Assembly: GCA_036351155.1 (NCBI GenBank)
Contig: JAZBOO010000008.1
Coordinates: 1-24,519 of the forward strand
Reading direction: 5' to 3'
DNA: 24,519 bases
DNA from: Candidatus Krumholzibacteriia bacterium
GTDB lineage: Bacteria; Krumholzibacteriota; Krumholzibacteriia; LZORAL124-64-63
Part shown: piece after piece, positions 9,922 to 18,242 of the stretch
Position numbering within the stretch: the first letter of the stretch is position 1
How the letters are laid out: every line of letters begins with the position of its first letter
The notes under the pieces: generated by a model
Seen by the model: the letters and a program-made list of their open reading frames with translations, nothing else
What the model was told of the DNA's origin: nothing
Database searches by the model: none
Program-made: the position numbers and the translations under genes

Positions 9922-11601
9922 ATGACGCTTCGATTGCGCCCGGCCCTGTGGGCCCTGGCCTTGTCCCTCCTTTTTGCCCTGCCCGTGCTGGCGGCGCCTG
10001 AGATCGTCTGGACCGACCAGCACGATGGGGGCGCCACCTTCATCGACGACGGCTTCTGCCTGCTGAACTCCCCCGACGGACATCTGATCGTCGGTGGTGA
10101 ATCCGCCGATACCGTGGGCGGCAGCGACCTGTTCATTCGCAAGCTCAACCGGGACACCGGCAACGAGCTCTGGGATGTCCGCTACGAAGGTTACGACGGC
10201 AAGGACGTGGCCATCACCGAGATGGAATGGGATTCGGCCGGCCAGCTGCTGGTTTCGGCCTTCATCCGCGGCTGCATTGGCTGAGGCCAGGGTGATGACG
10301 TCGTCGTTCTGAAGATCGACGACGCGTCCGGAGAGGTTCTCTGGACTCAGCACTACGCCAGCGCCGAAGGGGTCGACGAAGGCGTGATGGCCGTGGCCCA
10401 TGACGATCAGAACAATGTCTTCGTGACCGGCCGGGCCATGGACGGCGGCAACGGCACCGAGATGCTGGTCATGAAGCTTGCGGCCAGCACCGGAGAAATC
10501 CTCTGGATGGAGACCATCGGCGGCACCGCCGGGCAGAACGATGTCGCCTGGGATGTCGTGGTCGGACCCGACAATCATCCGGTGATCACAGGGTTCCTGG
10601 TCCAGACCGGTGAAGTGGCCCATTTCCTGACCCGCAAGCTGGCCAACGGCAACGGCGACACCCTCTGGGAACGCCTGGAACCCGGCGCCCTGAACAACGC
10701 CGAGGTGAGAAGCGGCTGGCTGGCCCTCGCCGAGAACGGCGACGTGATCATGGCCCAGCGAACCTTCGGCAGCAACGGGTACGATGTGGCCCTGAAGCGC
10801 TTTGCCGCTCCGGACGGTGCCACCGTCTGGGAAAACACCTATGACGGTCCCACCCATGGGGGCGACGATATCCGCAGCATGCGTCTGGATTCGGAGGGGA
10901 ATATCCTGGTGGCCGGCGTGCAGGATGTGAACTGGAATTACAACTACATGGCCCTGAAGTTCAACAGCAGCTCGGGCGATCTGATCTGGAGCGCCAGCTA
11001 TGACGGCCCCGTGGGCTGGTACGATGTGGCCAACTGCATCACCGAAGGACCGGGCGGCACCGTCATCGTCAGCGGCCTGAGCGATGGCAGCGGCACCGGC
11101 TGGGACTGGGCCACCGTGGCCTTCGACGCCACCAACGGCACCGAACTGTGGGCGGAACGTTACAATGGACCCGCCGGTCAGAGCGACGAGGCCCGTGATA
11201 TTCTCTGCACCCCCGCCGGCGACATCTACGTGACCGGCTATGGCTACGGAGTGGGCACGGGCAAGGATCTGGTCACCATCCATTACAAGGTGGAGATGGC
11301 CAGTCCCGCCCAGGACACACCGGCAGCGGTGATGGCCACCAATGCCTGGCCCAATCCCTTCAACCCCCGCGTGACCCTCAGTTTCGAGCTGCCGCGCGCA
11401 GGCCACACCAGCCTCGTCATCTATGATGTCCGCGGGCAACGGGTGGCCACCCTGAAGGACCAGGTTCTGGCTGAAGGACGGCACGAAGTATCCTGGGATG
11501 GTCGCGCCGACAGCGGCCGGCTCGCCAGCGGCGGCACCTACCTGGTGCAGGTCAAGAGCGAGGAACTGACCAGCAACCGGAAAATCGTGCTGGCCAAGTA
11601 A
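9922..11601 (+). CDS. Secreted 8-blade beta-propeller protein with FlgD-Ig/T9SS-like C-terminal domain; in-frame TGA at 10282-10284 (CxxU), candidate selenoprotein, 559 aa if read through
   Basis: RBS AGGGAGA at 9909-9915, ATG at 9922, signal peptide ending PVLA. ORF-track entries 9889..10284 and 10384..11601 share one frame and are separated only by a TGA. The 99 nt between them encode GQGDDVVVLKIDDASGEVLWTQHYASAEGVDEG, which continues the blade repeat. C-terminal WPNPFNP..IYDVRGQRV..WDG. Confidence 0.85.
10297..10328 (+). promoter_or_regulatory. Candidate bacterial SECIS hairpin
   Basis: CGTCGTCG (10299-10306) pairs with CGACGACG (10317-10324), followed by a T-T mismatch, a TC/GA pair of pairs and the apical loop TGAA (10310-10313). 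The loop begins 25 nt after the in-frame TGA. Confidence 0.65.
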
Positions 11602-11626
11602 TACGGCATTCGTCGGAATCAGCATC

Positions 11627-11657
11627 CGGGGGCGGCAATTGCCGCCCCCGTTTTTTT
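11627..11657 (+). terminator. Intrinsic terminator between convergent genes
   Basis: 24-bp perfect palindrome CGGGGGCGGCAATTGCCGCCCCCG followed by 7 T. Confidence 0.9.
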
Positions 11658-11664
11658 GAGGAAT

Positions 11665-14346
11665 CTATTTGAGCATGATCATTTTCCGGGTCTCGGTGAA
11701 TCCCCCGGTTTCCAGCCGATAGAAGTAGACGCCGCTGGCATGGTCCCTGGCATCCCAGGTCTGCACATGCAGTCCGGCACCCAGTGTCTCCTGGACCAGG
11801 ACCTCGACCACCTGCCCCTTGACGTCATAAATCGTCAAGCGGACGGGGCTTTCCCCCTGCAGGCTGAAGGCAATTTCCGTGATGGGATTGAACGGGTTCG
11901 GCGCGTTCTGGAACAGGCTGTTGCCCGCGCGAACGACACGGCCCTCGTTCGCCCCGTAGATATTCCCGCCCTCGCAGGCCTGGGTCACCACATTGGCTCC
12001 GGCATCGTAACTCAAGGTGGCGTGGGTCACTGCTGTCACCGTGAAGCAGAAATCGGTGGTCGCGTAGGTCTTGCGAGCCGTCGTCACGGTAGCCACCCCG
12101 TCGGTTCCTGTTACCCCGGTCAGAGTTTCGTTGGTGTCGCCGGTCATGTTGCCGGTCACCGTGGCCCCGGAAACCGGCGCTCCGCCATCGTCCACCACCG
12201 TGATCTGGGCACGGCCGTAATACTTCCGACCACTGAGCACGGTATACACCGAGATGGCCGCCACATGCATGGTGTCTCCGCCCGTGCTGGGCTCGGTCAC
12301 CGTGATGTAACCGGTCTTGGTCTCGGTGTCACTGCCGTACACGTTACTGACGGCCAAGCTCACGGTATAGGTGCCTGCCGCAGTGTAGGTATGGCCGGGG
12401 TTCTGGACTGTGCTGGTGCCGCCGTCGCCGAAGGTCCAGCTCCAGCTCGTCGGACCATTGGCGGACAGATCGGTGAACTGCACCGCCAGCGGGAAATCGC
12501 CACTGACCGGGGTGCCGGAGAAATCCGCCACCGGAGGCGTGGGCTGCACCGGATCGGTCACGGTGATATAACCGGTCTTGGTCTCGGTGTCGCTGCCGTC
12601 GCCGTTGCTGGCGGTCAGGCTCACGGTGTAGGAACCAGCCGCAGTGTAGGTGTGGCCGGGGTTCTGAGCCGTGCTGGTGCCGCCATCGCCAAAGGTCCAG
12701 CTCCAGCTGCTGGGATCACCCGAGGAAAAGTCCACGAACTGGACAGCCAGCGGCGTCTCACCGCTGGTGGGGGTGCCCGTGAATTCGGCTACCGGCGGGT
12801 TCAACACCGTGCCGCCGCCTGAAACAGCCGCAGCAGCATCCACCATGCCGTAACCCGTGTAACGGTCCCACCCGGCCCCGGACTCGACGCTGATCACGTC
12901 TTGAGCCGTACCACACAGCTGCTGACGCACCTGCGCCGGCGTGTAGTCGGGAAATGCCGACTTGATCAGAGCCGCCACTCCGGCGGCGTAGGGCGTGGCA
13001 CAGCTGGTGCCGTTGAAGAACATGTCATAGTTGCCCGCATCGTAGCCGGCAGAGCCGGAAATGTCCGTGGTGGGCAGAATGGTGGGCGCGATCACATCCA
13101 CGGCCCCTCGGTCGTCCTGGGTGGTCGTCCCGTAATTCGAGCCCCACCAGCGCTCACCATCACAGGTGTAGCCGTTCGGATCCGTCAACACTCCCGGGTT
13201 CACTTCCAGGCTGCTGCTGGAACTGCGCTTGCGTTCGCCACAGGGAGAGGCCGCGCCCACACCGATCACGTACTGATTGATGGCGGGATAGCTGATCACG
13301 CTGTTGTTCTCGTTGCCCGTGGCCGCCAGGATGGTGCAACCCGCATTGTAGGCGTAGAGGATGGCGGCATCGGTGGCGGCATCGGTGCTGATTGCCGCTC
13401 CCAGGCTCATGCTGACGATGTCCGCCCCGTTGTCCCCCGCGTAGTACAGTGCGTTGGTGATCGAGACGAAGCTCATGGTCCCCCGCCGGTCGGCCACCTT
13501 CAGGGGCATGATGGTGCAGTTGCCAGCAATGCCCGTCACGCCGGTCCCGTTGTTGGCCACCGCAGCGGTGACTCCCGCGCAACAGGTGCCGTGACCCGCG
13601 GTGCGGCTGTCATCCATGGGATTGGTGTCGTTGTTGCCGAAATCGTAGCCGGTGGTGCAGTTGAGGTCCTCGTGGTAGATGTCCACGCCGCTGTCAATGA
13701 TGGCGATGGTCACTCCGCTGCTGCCATACGTGGTGTTCCAGGCGGTTTCAGCATTGGCGTCGAATCCGATCTCACCAACCAGGGGTCCTGTGTGGCTGTT
13801 GGACGACCAGTCATAGGAGATCATCTGGGCCGTGTTGTTGTGGCCCCAGTGATCAGCATAGAGGGGATCGTTGGGCACGGCCGCCGGGAAGGCCAGCCAT
13901 TCCGGTTGCGCCACTTCCACCAGGGGGTCGGCTGCAAAGCGGGCCGCCAGCTCCTCCATGTCCCCCTTCGCGACCTGGTAGCGGAACCAGCGGTCTGTGC
14001 CCAGAGCTCCGGCCTTGTCCAGGTTCTGTGGCCGGATAAACGGCCGTTCCAGAAGTGTCGCTCCCGCAGCCTGGGCCAGGGCGTCCACGCTTTTCCAGCC
14101 GGTGGCTAGTCCCGGAACCGTGGCACCTTTCTCGAAGGGGATCGCCAAACGTGACTGGGACATGGCCTGGGGAGTGAACTTCACCAGGACACTGCCATCC
14201 ACGTAGGGAAGTTGTGTCGAGGCCTGGAGAGCGAATCCATCCTGGACAGGGACAAAAAGGCGGGCCTCGGTGGCCGCCGAAGCGCTCAGGCTCAGGACCA
14301 CACAGAGGGACAGCAAGGCAATGATGCCTGTTTTGGCGAACTTCAT
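11665..14346 (-). CDS. Secreted subtilisin-like (S8) serine peptidase with 2 PKD domains, a further beta-rich domain and a T9SS-like/FlgD-like C-terminal domain
   Basis: Signal peptide and propeptide. Triad motifs IAIIDSG, GHGTCCAG and NGTSCATP; oxyanion AATGN. Two WSWTFGDG PKD repeats. C-terminal QNAPNPFNPITEIAFSL..IYDVKGQ..SGVYFYRL. Confidence 0.95.
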   Translation of the reverse strand: MKFAKTGIIALLSLCVVLSLSASAATEARLFVPVQDGFALQASTQLPYVDGSVLVKFTPQAMSQSRLAIPFEKGATVPGLATGWKSVDALAQAAGATLLERPFIRPQNLDKAGALGTDRWFRYQVAKGDMEELAARFAADPLVEVAQPEWLAFPAAVPNDPLYADHWGHNNTAQMISYDWSSNSHTGPLVGEIGFDANAETAWNTTYGSSGVTIAIIDSGVDIYHEDLNCTTGYDFGNNDTNPMDDSRTAGHGTCCAGVTAAVANNGTGVTGIAGNCTIMPLKVADRRGTMSFVSITNALYYAGDNGADIVSMSLGAAISTDAATDAAILYAYNAGCTILAATGNENNSVISYPAINQYVIGVGAASPCGERKRSSSSSLEVNPGVLTDPNGYTCDGERWWGSNYGTTTQDDRGAVDVIAPTILPTTDISGSAGYDAGNYDMFFNGTSCATPYAAGVAALIKSAFPDYTPAQVRQQLCGTAQDVISVESGAGWDRYTGYGMVDAAAAVSGGGTVLNPPVAEFTGTPTSGETPLAVQFVDFSSGDPSSWSWTFGDGGTSTAQNPGHTYTAAGSYTVSLTASNGDGSDTETKTGYITVTDPVQPTPPVADFSGTPVSGDFPLAVQFTDLSANGPTSWSWTFGDGGTSTVQNPGHTYTAAGTYTVSLAVSNVYGSDTETKTGYITVTEPSTGGDTMHVAAISVYTVLSGRKYYGRAQITVVDDGGAPVSGATVTGNMTGDTNETLTGVTGTDGVATVTTARKTYATTDFCFTVTAVTHATLSYDAGANVVTQACEGGNIYGANEGRVVRAGNSLFQNAPNPFNPITEIAFSLQGESPVRLTIYDVKGQVVEVLVQETLGAGLHVQTWDARDHASGVYFYRLETGGFTETRKMIMLK
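12295..12799 (-). repeat. Duplicated PKD-domain coding repeat (261-nt offset)
   Basis: ACCGGTCTTGGTCTCGGTGTC occurs at 12310-12330 and 12571-12591. The protein repeat is SWSWTFGDGGTSTxQNPGHTYTAAGxYTVSL...DTETKTGYITVT. Confidence 0.9.
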
Positions 14347-14489
14347 TCTGGCTCCAATCAGCTACGGATGTGAAGTGGCGTTGAGGCTCCCCTCCCAACC
14401 CTAGACTTCAACATCGGATAGCACGGTGCACGCCCTCCTTTCGCAGAGAGACTTCGGCAATGATCAAAAATAAAGGGGATGGTGAAGGC

Positions 14490-14519
14490 ATTGTAGCCGA
14501 AGGGGTTCCAGTCAGGCAA
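14490..14519 (-). promoter_or_regulatory. Candidate sigma70-type promoter for the S8 peptidase
   Basis: On the minus strand, TTGCCT - 18 nt - TACAAT. Confidence 0.45.
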
Positions 14520-14542
14520 CAAGAAAATGACAAAATTGTGAC

Positions 14543-14575
14543 AAGGGGGCCCGCACACGATGGGCAAGCCCCCTT
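14543..14575 (-). terminator. Hairpin after the 13-heme cytochrome gene, probable terminator
   Basis: AAGGGGGC (14543-14550) pairs with GCCCCCTT (14568-14575), 9 nt after the stop. T-rich sequence follows on the minus strand. Confidence 0.5.
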
Positions 14576-14584
14576 TATCAGGAA

Positions 14585-15751
14585 TTAGCCACCGAATCCC
14601 GTTTTCTTGCTGTACACCCGGTCGTCGTCGTGGCACCCGGAACAATCCGGTTTCACGCTGAAATCAGAGTCCATGTGGCAGTCTGCGCAATCCATGCCTT
14701 CGTGGTCCTCGTTGAAGGCCACCCCGGTCACCCGGGCATGGTCAAAGTCGCCATCTTCCCAGTCCGTATGGCAGCTGATGCACTGTGTCTTCGGCGTGTG
14801 GAACACCTTGGGCACGCCATGGCACTGCTGACAGGCTAGCTTTGAGTGACGCGGCCCCAGTTCCCATCCGGTGGACAGACCGTGTTCGAACTCGGGTTTC
14901 CGCTCGTAGTCGTGGCAGAACTTGCAGCCACGTTCGGCATGACATTCGGTACACGAGGCCATGCTCTCCACGTGGGTGTTGGTGGAACGCACCTGATCGT
15001 GGCAGCTGCTGCAACTGTCGCCGCGATGGCAGTCCACACAGTTCAACCCGAACTGATCCACGTGGTCGGTGTGATGAAAGGTCACCACAGGACCCTTCTC
15101 GTACGTGGTATCGTAGAAATAGCTGTCCGTCGCCTCGATCAAGGGGTGTTTCACGCCCACGATGTCTGTGGTATCGAGGGGTGGGTCCGCGATCTCGTCA
15201 TGGTGCTCCTCGTGACAGAACCCGCAGGCGTTGCTGTGGCTCCAGTCCAGGTGACAGTTCATGCACTGCCGGTGGAAGGCCCCCTTGAGGCTGGGCTTGT
15301 TCAGATCCACGGGACCCTTCTCGGCATCGTGGCATTCACGACACGGAGGGATGGCGCCCCCCGGCTCACTGTAGTGATGACAGTTCTCGCACCCACCCAC
15401 CATGTCGCTCATGGTGGCGTGCAGCTCGTGGGAAAAAACCACCGGGTCGTACAGATTGGCCAGGTCGTCGATGACCACCACGGCCGGCCCATCGTCGGGG
15501 CGCTGGTCACTGTGAAAATGTCCCATGTGCCGGGGACAGGCCACAAGGCAAGGATCCTCGGCGGTGGGCAGATCGCAGGAGTGGCACTGAATACATTCCA
15601 GTTCACTGATGCTGCTCCTGTTGTTGAAATGCCGCCGAGCGTGTTCTTTCTCGATGACGCCCTCCGAGCCGGGCGCTTCGGCCGCCAGAGCCAGACCGGC
15701 CCCCATCAAGACGAAGGTCAGCAGGCAGATCCGGATAATTGATGTCCGCAT
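14585..15751 (-). CDS. Periplasmic multiheme cytochrome c (13 CxxCH; cytochrome c3/HmcA-like domains)
   Basis: Signal peptide ending ALA. 13 CxxCH counted. c3-type motifs PVVFSHELH, LKGAFHRQCMNCH and VTFHHTDH. RBS GAGGAGGA lies in the end of the upstream gene. Confidence 0.93.
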   Translation of the reverse strand: MRTSIIRICLLTFVLMGAGLALAAEAPGSEGVIEKEHARRHFNNRSSISELECIQCHSCDLPTAEDPCLVACPRHMGHFHSDQRPDDGPAVVVIDDLANLYDPVVFSHELHATMSDMVGGCENCHHYSEPGGAIPPCRECHDAEKGPVDLNKPSLKGAFHRQCMNCHLDWSHSNACGFCHEEHHDEIADPPLDTTDIVGVKHPLIEATDSYFYDTTYEKGPVVTFHHTDHVDQFGLNCVDCHRGDSCSSCHDQVRSTNTHVESMASCTECHAERGCKFCHDYERKPEFEHGLSTGWELGPRHSKLACQQCHGVPKVFHTPKTQCISCHTDWEDGDFDHARVTGVAFNEDHEGMDCADCHMDSDFSVKPDCSGCHDDDRVYSKKTGFGG

Positions 15752-15753
15752 GA

Positions 15754-17040
15754 CTAGTCCTCCTCTTCCGGAAGCACGGGAAAGATGAACACCGCCGCGC
15801 GATAAATCAGCACGATGATGGAGATGAATCCGATGGTCAGCAGCGCTTCAGGCCAGGCCGGAACATAGGGGCCGCTGCCGAACTGGGGTTCGTAGCCGAT
15901 GATGAAAACATTGATGCGGTTGATGACCACCCCGATGACCACCATGGCTGCCGCCGTGAACAGCCACGCGGGCTGGCGACGCAGGCGATGGGCCATGAAT
16001 ATGAAAGCCGGCAGCAAGACACCGCCAATGATCTCCACGCCATACATGGCCGTCTGCAGGTTGAACTCACCCAGGGCCTTGTAGGCTCCGCGGTTGACGA
16101 CGTCGATCAGCTTGGTCCCGAAGTAGACGGTCAGCAGAAAGGGGATGATGCGCCCCAGAGGCGCCATGACATTCAGTTCGAATTCACGCTTGAGTGAACG
16201 CGACGCCAGGTATCCCTCGAAGATCACCATGGAAAGCCCCACGGCGAAAGCCGACAGCAGGAATTGCAGGGGCATCATCGGAGTGTACCAGAGGGTGTGC
16301 AGTTTCCCGGGAGCGATGACCATCAGCGTGCCCAGACTGGACTGATGGGCACAGCTGAGGACCACACCCGCAATCAAGAAAAAGATGATGACCTTGTTGA
16401 GCCCGGCATCCAGAGCGCGCAGCAACCGGTCGAGAGGCTTGTTCAGGCCAGCCCAGAACCCGGGAAGGTTCACCTTGCCGATGAACCGTTCGCACACGAT
16501 GGGCAAGAACTCGATGTACAGCACCGTCAGGTAGATCATGACGCAGATACCGACCTCGAACAGCACGGAGTTGCCTTGCCACATCGAGGGCATCATGACG
16601 TGCCAGATGTTGTAGAAGCGACCCAGGTCGACCACCACGCCCAGTGCCACGAAGGTGTAGCCGATCATGGCCGTCAACAGCGCGGGCCGGACCAGTACAT
16701 GGTATTGATTCTTGTGGAAGATATGGGCCAGGAAGGCCATGGTGAACCCACCGGCGGCCAGGGCCACACCTGAAGCCACGTCGATGGCGATCCACAAGCC
16801 CCAGGGATAATTGTTGTCCAGGTTGGTCACCGCCCCGAGGCCTTGGGTGAAACGAACGGCCAGCACCGCCACGGCTCCCAGGGCCAGAGCAATCAACACC
16901 CAGACGCCTGGAGTCAGGAAAGGCACCTTGCTGTTGCCGGCCAGCGGCGCGGCTTTCTCCTCGTGGGTTCCCCGAGCATTGCGGATACTCACCGCATCGT
17001 TCGAGATCACCGCCTGGCTTCCAGCTGCCGGGTTATTCAT
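15754..17040 (-). CDS. NrfD/PsrC-family membrane subunit (HybB/HmcC-like)
   Basis: GLGAVTNLDNNYPWGLWIAIDVASGVALAAGGF, RPALLTA, DLGR, SVLFEV, HQSSLG. About 10 hydrophobic segments. ATG at 17040 overlaps the end of the upstream gene. Confidence 0.92.
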   Translation of the reverse strand: MNNPAAGSQAVISNDAVSIRNARGTHEEKAAPLAGNSKVPFLTPGVWVLIALALGAVAVLAVRFTQGLGAVTNLDNNYPWGLWIAIDVASGVALAAGGFTMAFLAHIFHKNQYHVLVRPALLTAMIGYTFVALGVVVDLGRFYNIWHVMMPSMWQGNSVLFEVGICVMIYLTVLYIEFLPIVCERFIGKVNLPGFWAGLNKPLDRLLRALDAGLNKVIIFFLIAGVVLSCAHQSSLGTLMVIAPGKLHTLWYTPMMPLQFLLSAFAVGLSMVIFEGYLASRSLKREFELNVMAPLGRIIPFLLTVYFGTKLIDVVNRGAYKALGEFNLQTAMYGVEIIGGVLLPAFIFMAHRLRRQPAWLFTAAAMVVIGVVINRINVFIIGYEPQFGSGPYVPAWPEALLTIGFISIIVLIYRAAVFIFPVLPEEED

Positions 17041-17977
17041 GATCCACCCCCTGGTGACCGTTCTCATGTGATGCGGGCAGGTCCTTTTCAGGAGGAATAC
17101 TGCCGGTGGATTTGACCAGGACGCTCATCAGCCCGAACACCATGGCAGGCCCACTGAAGCCGCGGAAAATTCCGTGCTGAATGCTCTCGGTGACCTCGCT
17201 GGCGCTGGTCTCGCCCAGCTCCGGCAGGTCGACTTCGCTGAAATCACGGTCGGACAGGTACAACCAGGAGGTGCCGCCGCCGTCCACTTCGCCGTAGACC
17301 TTGTGAAAATAACGATCGGGATCGTTGCGGATCCGCAAGTGCGCCATCTCCAGCAGGTCTTCGCGCTTGCCGAAGGTCAGGGCGTCGACCGGACAGATTT
17401 CCACGCAGGCTGGAATTCCTTTTTCCTCGCCCAGGGTACTCTCGGCACACAGGTCACACTTGACCACCTTGGGCGTCAGAGGCTTCTCGTACTCGTAAGC
17501 GGGAATCTGGAAGGGGCAGGCAATCATGCAGTAACGGCAACCGATGCATTTCCAGGCGTCGTAGACCACCGGACCCTTGGGATCCTTGGTCAAGGCGCCG
17601 ACGATACAGGCGGACACACAGTTGGGCTTTTCGCAATGCATGCAGTTGACCTTGACGGTCAGGGGATCGGTGTGGCCCGTGGGCGGGGTGTAGGCGTTGA
17701 TCACCGTCAGATCGTCCACGGTGGGGCGCCGCATCTCCTCCATGGGAGCCTGATCGTCGTACTCATCAAGTTCCCCGAAGGGCAGGTCGTGGGCCTTGGA
17801 GCAGGCGTATTCGCAACGCCGGCAACCCACGCAGATGGTGAAATCCGCCAGCACGCCGAAGCGATCATGATCGAGATGAGACTCGCTGGCCCGGGCTGAC
17901 TCCACGCCCGCCATCGACAGGGCTGTGGTGCCACATGCGGTGCCGGCGATCTTGAGAAAATCTCTCCGACTGACCAT
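17033..17977 (-). CDS. Tat-exported 4x[4Fe-4S] ferredoxin subunit (HybA/HmcB-like) with C-terminal membrane anchor
   Basis: Tat motif SRRDFLK. Cys motifs CVGCRRCEYAC, CMHCEKPNCVSAC, CIGCRYCMIAC and CDLC..PACVEIC. YGEVDGGGTSWLY. Hydrophobic C-terminal helix. RBS AAAGGA. Confidence 0.93.
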   Translation of the reverse strand: MVSRRDFLKIAGTACGTTALSMAGVESARASESHLDHDRFGVLADFTICVGCRRCEYACSKAHDLPFGELDEYDDQAPMEEMRRPTVDDLTVINAYTPPTGHTDPLTVKVNCMHCEKPNCVSACIVGALTKDPKGPVVYDAWKCIGCRYCMIACPFQIPAYEYEKPLTPKVVKCDLCAESTLGEEKGIPACVEICPVDALTFGKREDLLEMAHLRIRNDPDRYFHKVYGEVDGGGTSWLYLSDRDFSEVDLPELGETSASEVTESIQHGIFRGFSGPAMVFGLMSVLVKSTGSIPPEKDLPASHENGHQGVDHE

Positions 17978-18046
17978 ATCAGTTCCTTTCCAGGGGGCAG
18001 GACAAGACCCGAGATGTCCCGAAGGAGACACCCCGCTGTCCATATG

Positions 18047-18078
18047 AAAAAACACCGGCCCTGTGTGTGAAGGCCGGC
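18047..18078 (-). terminator. Intrinsic terminator-like hairpin about 70 nt upstream of the hybA-like start (possible attenuator)
   Basis: Minus strand GCCGGCCTT-CACACAC-AGGGCCGGT-G-TTTTTT. Confidence 0.65.
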
Positions 18079-18242
18079 ATAGCAAAGTCTTTTGGTCGTG
18101 TTTCAGTGATCGGGTAGTTTGGGAGGAGGGGACCTGTCAGGTTCCGGAACGATGCCGGGAAACACGCTGTTCCCGGAAATGGCTGCCAGCCAAACTGCGC
18201 CACGGGTTCGTGCCTTCACAACCACCGGAAAGATCCCGGTGG

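Noticed and set aside
9889..11601. Treating 9889..10284 and 10384..11601 as two genes, or as a pseudogene
   Set aside because: They share a frame, the gap encodes an intact continuation of the repeat, the second part has no signal peptide, and there are no other lesions. A recent nonsense mutation or sequencing error cannot be fully excluded but would not explain the CxxU context plus the hairpin.
12295..12799. Duplicated segment as a DGR template/variable repeat pair
   Set aside because: Both copies are in-frame PKD domains, differences are not confined to adenines, and no reverse transcriptase is present.
18120..18150. TPP riboswitch suggested by minus-strand GAACCTGACAGG
   Set aside because: The conserved CTGAGA element and the rest of the TPP architecture are absent, and the downstream genes are unrelated to thiamine.
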